This document shows positions 27,101 through 39,883 of a stretch of DNA of 64,000 nt, piece by piece. Every line of letters begins with the position of its first letter. Within the stretch, counting starts at the first letter, position 1. Below the pieces are notes generated by a model that was not told the origin of the DNA, searched no databases, and was given only the letters and a program-made list of their open reading frames with translations. Both the position numbers and the translations under genes were made by a program. Source of the DNA: Antedon mediterranea (lineage: Eukaryota; Animalia; Echinodermata); assembly GCF_964355755.1 (NCBI RefSeq), contig NC_092674.1:15872001-15936000 (forward strand). The letters run 5' to 3'.

Positions 27101-30100
27101 TATTTCATTTCCTATATGTATTATTATTTTAAGTGGGTGTGTATGTTCGGGTGTATTTCTAATACAAAGTGTCAATAATGTATTCATTTGTGTTGTGATA
27201 TTTAAAATACTTACATGATGTATACAATTATATTTGACTTCATAAATGATATCGTTTCTATATTCGTTCGCTATGTGTGGGGATTCTTGCGTACATTTTG
27301 ACAATTTCTAGTTATTAGTCGAAGCTTTATATATTCGAGAACCATATGTGGGAACTTACAGTAATTAGTGTTCTCAAAACCTGGACAAACTAGTCACGGA
27401 CTAAGACATGAACAATTGCAGCATCTAGGTGGTTCATATGTGTATAATGTTTTTATTTAGTAACAACGAACTCACTCACTTTGAGTATTTGATATTGTAT
27501 TTCCAGAACACTCTATGCATTTAAAGCAGCATGTCTGTTCATTCTCAATATAATGTCGTCGTGTACCAGGTTTACAATTTGCATTACAAATTGCTAGTGG
27601 TTTCTGAAAGAAAAGTTATACACATTTCTCTAATCACTGTCCTCAAATAATCTACCAGATTCTTTATGCATGGGCAGTATTTAATGTTATTAAGTAAAAA
27701 CTCAGTAATTGCATCAACATCACCACCACCCCCGTCATCATCACCATTGTTATCATCATCATTGTCATCATCATCATCACCATCATCATCTCCATCATCG
27801 GCATCATCATTATCACTATCGTCATCATTATCACCATCGTCAGCATCGTCACTATTATCAGCAGCATGACTATTAATAATATTACTTCACGTGAAAATTC
27901 CAGAAAAATTCTTGGTGATAACTTGAGGGTTTTCTGCTGGTAAAAATACTTTTGAAATACATTCTTCTGCTCCTACATGCCGAAAAATGACAGGACACTT
28001 GGTATTATTAAAGATCTTTCAAGTATTTTGATGTCAAAAGTTTTATCTGTCTTTACAGGTTCATGATGGAATATGTTGAACGCGTTTGGATTCTAAATGC
28101 ACAGGGTAAGTTGAAATGCTCAAGACTCTGAAACTACCGATGGTGGCTTACTTAAGAAAAAGGGACGAAATTAGTCAAAATCTGCATAATATATTAAACA
28201 ATATAGATTGCATAGAAACAGACAAACTATTTACGAATTTGTCAGGGTCCACTAAGATCTGAAACAAGGGGACATTTTTTTTTTGCACCAAAAGTAGTTG
28301 AGGATTGGAACACACACATTCCATAAATAGATTAAAATCTGATTTAGAGAAAAAACAGTTAAAATTTCGCCCATGAAGAGAATGATCAAGAGGGAAAAAC
28401 GAGCGTAGTCCTACAGTTCAAGGTAATTCAAGGAAAACACGCTTTAAAATATGTATACTCTAGGACAGTACAAACTGGTTGACGTGCTGTTATTTTCTTC
28501 CATTTAGGTTATATTTCTTTATGAGTTATATTAGGCCAATTTTTAACAAACTTTAGATAATTTTCTTATTTTTGCGAATAAAGTCCATAAAATCAAGAAT
28601 GTTTAAGGCGATATAAGACAACTATTTTTAAACCATCCACATGCTGTGTTAAGATTTCTTCTGTAGAAGAGCCATTACCAAAAATGTTCGGTTTACCAGG
28701 ATTGCCTGCTTTGATTTTAGGTAAAAAGTAAAACGGAACTAGATCTGGATTGACTTGTCAAACGAGGTCCAATTTTGGATCTATGAAAGTGTTTTTAACG
28801 ATCTTAGAAAAATATTATCCGCAATTTTAGGAGCGATCTGTTGTAAGATAATAAAGAAGATTATATAATGGAGGATAAATAAGAGGATTGTTTTATCTTT
28901 TCATAGAATGTATTGATAGTTGCAGAAATTGGGACGTAGTTTGGTAGGATACGCCTAAGCATCTTATATCCTGATTAATATTTCTAAAGCTCAGGGCAAC
29001 TGGGTTGGTGGAATTGGTTAAATTGTTTGATTCCAAGTATGGTTTTTAGATCAGAAATTTGGAAAACAATGTTTTTTCCTTCGTAAAGTTTACAACTATA
29101 ACGATATTTCAGGCCAAGCAATTCAAAACTCTTGTGCTAAAATACGTGTACATGTATAATAGACAAAACCAGTCACATTCTAGTTACGGGCGGCACATAT
29201 CTGTGCCGTGTTAGTTTGGTATTTAGGCCTCCGTATGATTGTATGGTTTTTACTGAAAGCAATGTTATACTTACTGTACCAGTTCCCCAGTAAATGCTCA
29301 AATTGTCAAAAATTTTCAATTCCTTGTGTTTGTAAGAGCCAACTTTAACCATTTCAACAATTCTATTATTCTTTTTACTGTTTAAAACAACGTAAGATGG
29401 CTCAATTTGTCGATTTTCTAAAAAATTAAAAATGGAACCATTGTTGTCGGTAAAGTTGACATTATCCAAGTAAGTCACTAGTTGCCATCTTTTGAGATTC
29501 CTAATTGATGGGCATTTACCATCAGCTAAGAGACCTTTTCGATCCTCACATAACTCGATATCCTTAAGAGCTTGGGCAATTGCATATACAGCAATATATG
29601 TTGTATAAGCTTCATAGTTAATGGCCTTGTTTAAATATTTTCTGGCAGCGATTTCTATTTTATGAATTGTATTTTGATTGTTATTTTTCTTACACAACGT
29701 GTCATTGCATAAGTTCTCGTGTTCACAAATCCATTCTTCAAAGTTTTCTCGAAATGATTTTCTACTGCTTTGCTGGATCCTGGTATAATCAGCGAGATGT
29801 ACTAACATATCTGGCAGTGGTTTATCTGCAATTGTTACACCAAGCACAGACGCAACTGATTTGTATTCATAAAATTGTCCAGCTCTATCTGCCCAACCAT
29901 CACTTGCAATCCATAATCTTGCTGTGAATTAAATCAGAATAATTATAATTATTGTTTGTTCCTTTATAAACATACAGATTTAACAAATAAAAATATCTCA
30001 GTTACACTTTTCAGTTTATAATAATTAAAGGATTTATAATCTAGATCAAAAATTGGATCACCAAAACAAATATTTACCTAACAAAACTTAACGCAAAATT

Positions 30101-33100
30101 TAAAGGGAAAAATAATTGCCTTTCAGACAATGGGTTTTTGGTTAAATTCGAATGTTTATTTTTATTTTATGTGAAATCGTTGTTTTTGTAGGTTTTTCCT
30201 AATGGAAGTGAATAACATTAAAATGGCGTACAGAATGCAAAGTCTGATTATATGTATTTTTTTAAGGCCGCATGTTCGTTCTAATGATGCTCAAGATCTG
30301 GATGAAATAACTATTTATATATAGAATGAACATTCCTGTTTTGATCCGTCTATTTTTTCCAATAACCATGCAAAACACACAAAATTATCTTAATTTGTAT
30401 TATAGTACATTATTTTCGTGAGGAAGCGAATCGCGAGAGATATGGGGAGACAGAGAGCGAGAGGAGAAAAGCCAATAGTCGGCGCATGCACACAGATTAA
30501 TTGACTCCCTGGAAAGTAAACGCATCGGGGTTTTTTTTTGCAATTTACATGGAAACGAATAGGGAAAATGTTTGCAGTTAATAGCTATTCCCACAGATGG
30601 TGCTTTTTTTTATGCTTTTCATAATAACCATATGTAGCATAGCCTAACACATTTTTTTTAAACTCGTAATCTTTAAATAATTAATATCCATATTGTACTT
30701 TATTCATGAAAATATGGATTAATCTGAGAAAAAAAATGCGAAAATTGATTGAAAATAATTCATAATTTAAAAGTGTGTGTAATTAAAGGAAACCTATAAT
30801 TGGATTGTCTTTATTAAACTGCGATAAAGATGTGGTAACTAATATGTCATATGTGTATTTTAGGTCATTAAATAAAAAGCGAATCATTCGTTGCTTTTGA
30901 AATGAATATTAAACAAAATATGACATGGATATTACCGTCGTAGGCTATTTGTATCAATATCAAACTTTCGTTCAAAATCTATATGTCATAGTTGTACTTC
31001 ATTGCAACATTTTAAAATGAAAATATTCAATTACTTTAGCAAAAAAAACAAAAATAAAATATTATCAAAATATGTTACTTAGTTTTTTGAGTTATGTTTT
31101 TTGCTTGTTTTATTTGAATCTCTCACAATACGGTACCCCCATTAAACAAACATCAATACGGTACCCCCATTAAACAAACATCAATACGGTACCCCCATTA
31201 AACAAACATCAATACGGTACCCCCATTAAACAAACATCAATACGGTACCCCCATTAAACAAACATCTTCTTGACAACATATATTATACATACGAAATCAA
31301 ATCCAACCCAGAATCTATGTTGAAAGCAAAATCTCCATCCTAGACATGCTAATCACACTAAATGACTACATTTACTCTGTGGTCAATGCACGATGATTGT
31401 CAAGTGGGATAATGCCTGTTCGTCTCTGAAAGACTCTACCTTGCAAAAAATATAAATAACATAATAGCTATAACTATAGCGGGAATACCACTGTGTATTG
31501 TGGGCAAATTTTACTTGTGACAAAGGCTAGGGGTGGGTATCTGCCACTACAGAACACTCATGCTGTCGGAAGAGGAAATTGGCCAACGGCAGGGAGGGAC
31601 TTCGGGCTCCTGACTGCCTGTGTAGAGATAGTAGAGCGAAAGAATTCTTTACACGTCAACGGTGATGAAAGTGCATTGGCTTTTTTTAAGGAACTGTTTG
31701 AAAAGATGCACAAGCGTTGATGGATGGATGCGCTGCCTCTGCTGGTCGTTTCCGGCTAACTATAAACTGAAGTATCTTGCCAACCAAAACCATCTGTTGA
31801 TCCTACTGAATATGCCAATAGACAACAACTTCAAGCCATTAAAAACATTCTGTTAACTCGGAAGAATGTCTAGCAATAACTATAAGATTAATTGCAGAAA
31901 TGTTAAGTATTAGAAAAGGCAATTGTTGCATTTGGACGTATCACACGACGCTTGTGGCACTTCCAACAAAACTCAATGTATACCAATCAGCTGTGGCCTT
32001 GCGTTCAAATCTCTGATGGGCGTGAACCAAATAGTATTCACTGTTGTCGGTGAACTGGTGGTAGGGAAACTACAGCATGTTGTAGCTCCAATGTAGCGAT
32101 TCAAAGACCACCGGAAAGCAAGTCTCGAATAAACCCGTGCCTCTAACCGTACTACCTGGTGCTCCACATGTTATCATAAAATCAACAAGTTTGAAAGTAA
32201 GCGGTTAGGTAACTAAATAAGAGGTGGGACGAACACTAAGTAGAAATTGAGCGTGATATGCCGATGACAATAACAATGACAATGACATAATGATATAATA
32301 ATAGTAATAATAATAATAATAATTACCGGGAAGCCACACATATAGTTCGATATTTATACTTGGATCATAAACTTGGGCTAATAAACACATTTGATGGATG
32401 TTTATCATTTAGTATAGGCCTAATGCCCTTTGTCTATTCTAGGATTTTTGCGGTACATGAGATACTTTCGATAGGCCTTATTAATAATTGCTTGAAGTTT
32501 TCCAACATCCGATTTTCTTAAACTACTAAACCATACAATAGAACAAAAAAGGATCTCACTTCCAACAACAGAAGAATAAAAAAGCTTAATGAATGTTGGA
32601 TCAACATAAAATGATTAAGCCTTCTAAGAAAATACAGTCGTGCAACAAGCCATTTACAGTGTTCGCCACAGTTAAGCTTGTTATCAATATAGTCAAACCA
32701 AGATGCTTATAACTAGATACTATTTCAATCACATCATCATGTACCTTAACAGGAGCATGAACCCTACCAGATCTACTAAAATCAACAATAATTTCTTTCG
32801 TTTTCTTACTATTTACAACAAGTTTGTACAACAAATTGGTATCACACATTTTCGATAGTGAGTTTCGTTATCACCGTGCATCAGTCCTACAATTACTGTG
32901 TCATCTATTTAAGCAAATAGGTATTCGGGCAATGGGATATACAATCGTTAGTATATACATACAGCAGAAGTGATGAACAACAACCTTGAGGAGAATCATC
33001 ATTTTGTGGTAATAACAGTTACCACAAAGACAGTTAGATACACGCTGTTCCCTTAAATATTGAAACTTACTTATTCAGGAAACTAAATATGGATTAACCT

Positions 33101-34585
33101 CAAGTTTTGAAATGTTTTAAACACTCTCAAAGATTACAAAAAAATATCAGTCGATCATTATAACATACTTTAAAGATTTATTCATGGGTCAAAACACATT
33201 ACTACGAATATACGTTTCGTTTCATTCGTTTCTTTTGAAAGTCAATTCTAAACAATAATATACTTTTGATCAATATTGAACTTTCGTTCTGAATCTGTAG
33301 ATGTAATATTTCAACATAACATACAATCTTTGAAAATTAAAAAAAAATCTACAAATTACTTTTAAAATCCAAGGTAATATTTTACAGTATAAATGCACAT
33401 TTGAAAGTAAACCAATGAAGGATAATACTGGAAACACAATTTTATGGAATTTCTAATATTTGTTACTAATCTAAGACCAAGAAGATTTCCATTAAGGATG
33501 TACTTTTATTGTTATTTTAGAATAGAGAGCACACTTTTAGAAACAATACATATATCTTTGTACACGAATGCAGTTAATTAGTCTACGGTATATTGTAGAG
33601 CCTATATTGTTTTTATACTCTACAGTACATCACTCCCTTTCAAATGATGCTGCTCTCCTAAACTCTCTTTAACATTACCAAAAGTACATAATATTCAAAT
33701 ACCAATCACTCAAATAAATATTTTCATTAGGCGCTCAAAATAACAACCATAGTTATCTGTATTAACAGTCAGTTTCAGTTTAGTTACGGACAGGTTAAAT
33801 AGATGAAAACGATAAAGTTAACAAGTTAGTTATGAATTGCTTGTGGAATGTAACCATTTGTCATTAAATATATACGCGTGTTAAATGGTGTTTTCAATAT
33901 ATACATTGATGAATATACTACTGTATTATACACCGAATGTAAATTAATAAAAACTATTCGGATGGTCATTTATTCTGTACACATTAAGTCAACCTGTAGG
34001 CCTATATTTTGCCGCTAAAATATGAATAGTAGGCTATGCAGTGCAAATTGGTAATAAGAAATGAAATCGATCAAATTTTAGATTTGAATTTGACGCACTG
34101 CATACTTAGTATAAGTGTGTATTATAAATGGCCTGGTAAACCGTAACTCAACCTTTCACAACGTACTGTATTGTATTTGCTAATCGATTAAATACATTTG
34201 ATATGAATCAAAATGTCTTAAAGCAAAACAATATTTGATAATCCTGCAGTTGAAAAACAATATTTATCTTCATAATATTATACAAAATAATTTTTAGTTC
34301 GAATTGTTTTTTGTATTCAGTAAAATGTTTGAATTTTATATAGGCCTGGACCTAATTCAATATTCTGTATACGAATCTGTATACGTGACCTACCAACACC
34401 ATTGTAGGTTATCGCGTATTTTGGTCAGGTGCAAAATTAAAAAGGATGGCACACACTAATAAACATCACAAGTATTATTAACAAGTATTTTGTAGATTGT
34501 ATAAAAAACTGGTTGTAACAAGGAAAACATCGGTTGACACGCATTGTTATTGTCATCATCGTCATCGTCATCGTCATCATCATTG

Positions 34586-34619
<34 letters not shown>

Positions 34620-37600
34620 TATTATTATTATTTTAAACAAATTTTTAAAAATTAATAAACGTATTTATTATTTGAATAAAATAACACTGGTTATATTTGT
34701 TTCACCGAAAAGTGAATTAATATTCTACGACCGACTCGATTGAACGTGTGTTTGTTCAATTATCAACGATATCATAACACACCGTTTCTAGGGCTAAATC
34801 AATCTTCTATATCAACATGAAACAGTATTAATGACAAAGAAAACAATGTCACTATGTAGGCACGAACGATGCAAACGTGAAGTGCTCTGGGACAAGGTCT
34901 AACACCACTGACTGTCAATTAATAATTTAAAAGTTGGAAAGAACCAAGATGGTTATATATATACTATAGGAGAGTTATCGTTAACGTAATGTGTTTAGTT
35001 AAATTTTAGCTAAGATAGAAAACAAAAATTGAGATAAAACATATTATAGGCATATATGCATTTTTATTTTTCTTTGCCCAGTATGGTTTCCTTAAAAATA
35101 ATTGTTGTTAATTTTTTGTTCATCTCAACAGTTTAAACGTATAAAAATTACAGGTGTAAGCATTTCTTTCGGTATACAAACAAAGAACAACTAAAAAGGA
35201 AGTGATTCTTGATACAATTAATTAGTGCTGACTAATTAACTTTAAATTACTTTATAGTATAGCTTTGAAAAGCAATTGCTCGAACGTTTTCTGTTTTTGC
35301 TACCAGTAAGCCTTAAATAAACATCTTTGATGAATTGCTGCACCTACAATGTGTTGATCAATCAAACAGTGACCAATATATCTTTTTAAGTTCAATTATT
35401 ATAAATTTATTTCATGATGGTCAATACATAACATAACATTAATAGTAGCATTAAGGTTACATAAAATACATGACGAGTTAGGTTTTCGGTTTAATGCACC
35501 GTTTAACTTGTACGTTGGAATATATGAATTTTATAACCAATACTAGTTTCCTTGTATTTGTTTATCGGGCTCACATGTGTCAAAATATGCACGTACAGTA
35601 CTCAGTGAAATATGAAACAAGAATATTTTACGCAAGATAATTGCACGAGCCAGAATACATTAACATTTGTAAGGATTGTTTGCTCTTTAGAATGAAAATC
35701 TTTCTTTTTAAATTCAGCTGGCAATATGATTACGTCACAATAACCTATATGTATTTTTTTAAACATGAATTAATATCTACAATTCATCAGCTTAAACAAT
35801 TTAAAATCACTTTTAATTTCAACTATAAACAATAATAATATCTCGTGGCTTCACAGTCAAATTGCATATGATTTACAACGCGAGAAAAAGTGGGACACTG
35901 CCGCAAAGAAAGTAATTAAGAATTGAGGAGCGCGATATAAAAAGGAATTGGACTACAAGCAAATCACATTGTTTTTCCTTAAATTGTGATAGTTTATTTG
36001 CATTTCTTAGCATTCTACCATGTCATTCAAATCTGGTGGAATCAAATGTGCAGTACTAATATATAGATGGAGGTGCTCCACTCTTTTAATGTATCAAATA
36101 AATGATCAAGACCAAAGGTCAGAAGATAGTTGGCATACGAAATATTATCTCTATCAAAAATTATACATGTTTCTGAATCATCTCAACCGATTCATTTTGT
36201 TTAAAGGTTAAATTAGTAGGTAAAATAACATCATTGTTTGCATCGGAAACCAGAGTTTCAGAAGATACATTTGTGTATCTAAATCAGAATCAAAACCTGA
36301 AGTAAGCCTGTTTCATGTAAATTGAATATGGATAAATCGTTCACGTATTTCGAGTTGGAAAATATTAAATTCGTTCCTTGAAAAACACCACATCTTAAGT
36401 ACCCACATCATAATAAGACGCTATTGTATCTAACTGAATGTTTCCTCTGAAAAAAAAAATGAAATCAAAAATCTAATGGTCTATCGTACGAATGACTCCA
36501 ATATCAACCACAAACGTGGTCGCTCATACTGGGTTGTTTTACATAAAACAACCAAATGTATTTAAAACGTGTATAATATAAATCGGGAGGTCTAATTGTC
36601 AGGCTATTCTTGTTTCTTAACAAATGTAATTTGAAAAGCTAAAACAATTATTTTAGTAGGCCCTAACGTTTTCAGAAATTGTAAAAACGATATTTAAGTA
36701 AAATTACCATGTGCTTTGTTTGATTTAAAATTAAAAGAAATATTATTATATTGGGAGTTGATTTTGCACACAGTTTTCCTTTCTCTTATTCCTTTCTATC
36801 CATCTATTGTATATATTTATTATTTTGGATCCATGTTTGGATTAATAAAGAAAGAATGATCATATCTAATTCATAATGGAATTCTTATGTACCATACATA
36901 TGTTTCTAGAACCATAGAGAAATAAGTTAAATTATTTCTTCATGCTTAAACTGATCAATGATGCTTGTCATTATAGCTGAAAGCCCATCCTGAAAAACAT
37001 ATTGCACATTATTGTACCATGGAGAAATAAATTATTTATCCATGATTGTACACATCAAGACCACCTTTTTATTAACGTTTTTACTATTGGAATGTTCCTA
37101 CAGTAATGCTCTAAAAATTATACCAAAGCTATTCAAGTCTTTAAAACAATTCTTAAAAAATTAATTTATAATAGATTTATGATAATATGGTTGCAAACAC
37201 ATCCTTGCAAAAGGTAATCTTTCAAAGGGTATCTTTCTTTTAGTAAGGTATAAGTTATCAATGTACTTAGCATAAAGTACAATTCGTCTGAGTAACATCT
37301 GACCAATTACAGCTACTTGTAGTTGCTGTATCTGCTTCTACTACAGCCTTCCAAGAAGGGAGAACGCGGCCTTCTGATTATAGTCTTACATGGAGTAGTC
37401 AAGCATATGTCTCTTTAAGAAGATCACACACAAGTCAATTATTTCATCAGCTAAACACTTATTTGATATAATTAAACTTTAAACTGTTGTTAATGTTACT
37501 CGTTGTTTACTAAGTTTAGTCAGCTCCGTTCTTATGAAACCATTATTATTTTTAACCAACCTTTTTTATCGAATGATTTATCTTTAGACAATAAATCATC

Positions 37601-39566
37601 ACCGATCAATTCTTTCTTTTTGAAAATACAAGAAATATATAATACAACAATCCAATGACTATCAATCGCGGCACTCCTTTTTCTAACGCCATTACATTTA
37701 ATTATCTGCACCCTCTAGCAAACTTAAATTTTTACTGACCTGGTTAGTCAAGCCCTAAAGAACTTACATTGCAAGCGGATACATTTACATGGAATGATTG
37801 TTCCTGAAAAACAAACAACGGATACTTGAACAGGATGTAGTAGTAGGTCTACAATCAATAAACCGTACAGGAACAACTTTTAAAAAACAAATATATCTTT
37901 TACAGACGAACGTGGCCTATAAATTGCAGTATAATTGAAATAATATTTGCAGATATAGCAATTCAGCTAAATCAGCTATATTATGTGCACGTGAATAATA
38001 CTACGACATGAGGTCAATGATACCGTATTTGTAATAATGCGTATTCGTTCTTTCGGTGTTTGCGTCAAGGTCATTTAAAAAGTAATTAAAATTACATTTG
38101 TAAACTCGGTAACTTAATTTACCATGACATTCATGCACGCGCGTAAAAATAGAATATCTTTTATGAACAACGCCGACCCTTAATATACACAGTAATTTCA
38201 GTTAACCGCGTGTTTAAAATGTTAATTTCAAGTACGTAATAATGTTGCAGTAATAATTATTCATTTATAAAATTTATGAAATAAGCAATTTAAACAGGTT
38301 ATTACAAAATGCAACAGCAGTTAGTACGAAGTGCGGCAGGTCGATTATTACAAAGTGTAACAGCAGTTATTATAAAGTGCGATAGGTTATTACCAAGTGT
38401 GACAGTTTTGTTACAAAGTGCGACAGTACATCGTACTCATAAATCATAATCCATGCAGAAAGTCCATTATGGAGCCATGTATTGTGTGGACAATTTTATA
38501 TGGGGTATATGGCAATAAATGGGACCAGGTGGAAAGCAATTCATATAGGATTTATCAATCAAACATGCCCATATAAAACCTATACTAAGGCCCAACGGTT
38601 TATTAAAATAAAATCGCATTAAGTTGATTGAGGTAGAAGGCTTTTAAGCCAAAATAATTAGGTCAGGTATAAATCGCATGTACTTCAATAGGCCTACACA
38701 AAATAAAGCAATCGCAACTTACGTGATATACCGATATCATCGGCTTTCTGAAAAAAGTATCGAAAGTCTAGGTCAACCGTAGAGAAAAAGAAAATTACGT
38801 CGACGGATGAATCGTTCAATTGATTTAGAAACAAATCCATTTCATCTTTCCCACCGGTGACCTGTAGATATGTTTCAAATGCGACGCATATATTCCTTTC
38901 TTTTAATTTATTTATAAACATCCGCAAGCCGTCTCGTCCATATGCATCATCAGTTCCAACTGCACCAACCCATTCCCATTCAAAATACTTTGCTATCTCC
39001 GCCAAAAGCAGTGATTGGGATTGATCACCAGGTACTGTTCTGAACAGTGTTCTATAAATATTGCTGTCTGTCAGCCTTTCACTGGTAGCCCACGTTGCGA
39101 CAGTGGCGATGGCATGGTGTGCAACAATTGGTCCAATTGTAATCATACTACTAGACAATGCTCCAGATACAATTGCCTTAACATTTGCATTGCTTATCAA
39201 GTTTAGAGTTGCAGATGCCGCCGACACGGGAGAATTGCAAAATTCCTGTTCAACATAGCCGAGTTCGAATCCGAGGTCAATGTATTTTTTTTCCCTGATC
39301 TCCTTCACTGCAAATCTAGCGGCGGCAGCGGCCATGAAATAAGGGGGATGGAAGTCCACACACTTTTCCTTGGGTGGACCTGACGTCCATGACGTACTGA
39401 ACACTTCAGATCTTTCATGAAGAGGAAATATTCCTCCAATCGAGATATTGCCTTCAATAGTCATGCCAACATTGCTGCTGCATATTGCTCCATTTACTGA
39501 TATATACAGATGTACAGTTATAAGCAATTGAAAAAATCCAATCATTGCACAAATAAATGTTGCCAT
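20077..39566 (-). CDS. class C GPCR (extracellular calcium-sensing / V2R / amino-acid receptor-like), 4 coding exons, 865 aa
   Basis: Exons 38723-39566, 29275-29921, 27480-27603 and 20077-21059 join in frame (2598 nt) with GT-AG sites. The protein has a signal peptide, Venus flytrap domain (IGGIFPLH, FRTVPGD, DDAYGRDG, WIASDGW), nine-Cys domain and 7TM region (TPVVKAS, RNLPKNFQEARFI). Confidence 0.93.
21103..21135. repeat. (TA)n microsatellite
   Basis: Directly visible. Confidence 0.9.
22560..24880. repeat. two diverged direct copies (about 22560-22920 and 24490-24880) of a dispersed repeat in GPCR intron 3
   Basis: Shared blocks AGTTTCAACAAAG, CAATGTTTTACTG, CAGGGT.CTAATTT.AGTT and GAAATTACT.TGTATTCGA. 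A partial inverted copy lies at about 7400-7570. Confidence 0.6.
27480..27603 (-). CDS. class C GPCR exon 3 (nine-cysteine domain, 124 nt; absent from the ORF track)
   Basis: Translates as KPLAICNANCKPGTRRHYIENEQTCCFKCIECSGNTISNTQ. Acceptor TTTCTTTCAG, donor GTGAGT. Confidence 0.92.
27712..27866. repeat. degenerate (CAT/CAC)n trinucleotide microsatellite
   Basis: Directly visible; produces poly-Met and poly-Ser ORFs. Confidence 0.85.
29275..29921 (-). CDS. class C GPCR exon 2 (Venus flytrap, C-terminal part)
   Basis: Translates as RLWIASDGWADRAG...TYIAVYAIAQAL...WQLVTYLDNVNF...IYWGTGT. Acceptor TTCACAG, donor GTAAGT. Confidence 0.92.
30450..30660. repeat. dispersed DNA-element fragment (other copies at about 48290-48660 direct and 61095-61190 inverted)
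   Basis: Shared CATGC..CA.ATT.ATTG, GAAAGTAAA, CAATTTACA, CAGATGG and ATAACCAT blocks. Confidence 0.55.
31126..31265. repeat. perfect 28-bp tandem repeat, 5 copies
   Basis: CAATACGGTACCCCCATTAAACAAACAT repeated head-to-tail with no spacers. Confidence 0.95.
32430..33010 (-). mobile_element. Rex1/Babar- or L2-like LINE RT C-terminal fragment
   Basis: Motifs PQGCCSSLLLYVYTNDC, DDTVIVGL, NSKKTKEIIVDFSR, IEIVSSYKHLGLTI and RLYFLRRL. Confidence 0.75.
34545..34632. repeat. (CAT)n-(ATT)n microsatellite
   Basis: Directly visible. Confidence 0.9.
38295..38430. repeat. about 21-bp degenerate tandem repeat (TTATTACAAAGTGCGACAG), probably the subterminal region of a DNA transposon
   Basis: Six degenerate units end in CAGTACA. 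Confidence 0.6.
38723..39566 (-). CDS. class C GPCR exon 1 (signal peptide + Venus flytrap, N-terminal part)
   Basis: ORF 38694-39566 up to the donor C|GTAAGT. Begins with the signal peptide MATFICAMIGFFQLLITVHLYISVNG. Confidence 0.92.
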
Positions 39567-39883
39567 TACCCGTTTCCGCTATAAACAACAGAGAGATTGG
39601 AGTGTAGTGTTCACAGGCGAAGCGATTCGATATGGTGTATACAATGTTCAGACTAGCGATTTCATATGACATTCATTGAAGCCCTATCATAGTAAAATGC
39701 TTGTGTTTAATTGGTTGTATAAAAGGATCATAAGGCAGTCTAGCAAACGATGTCGTTCCAATTGGTTGATTATGATATGATTACATATTTCCATGCGTCG
39801 CTATAAATACACGTTAGAGAAATTAATACTGTACAATAAATACCAGACTAAGACGATTGCGTATTTTGAGAGGCGTGTGAGCA

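Noticed and set aside
27664-27869. poly-Met and poly-Ser ORFs (also 34437-34743)
   Set aside because: These are translations of trinucleotide microsatellites.
31126-31265. 28-bp repeat of CRISPR-like length
   Set aside because: Copies are head-to-tail with no unique spacers, no cas genes are present, and the context is a eukaryotic intron.
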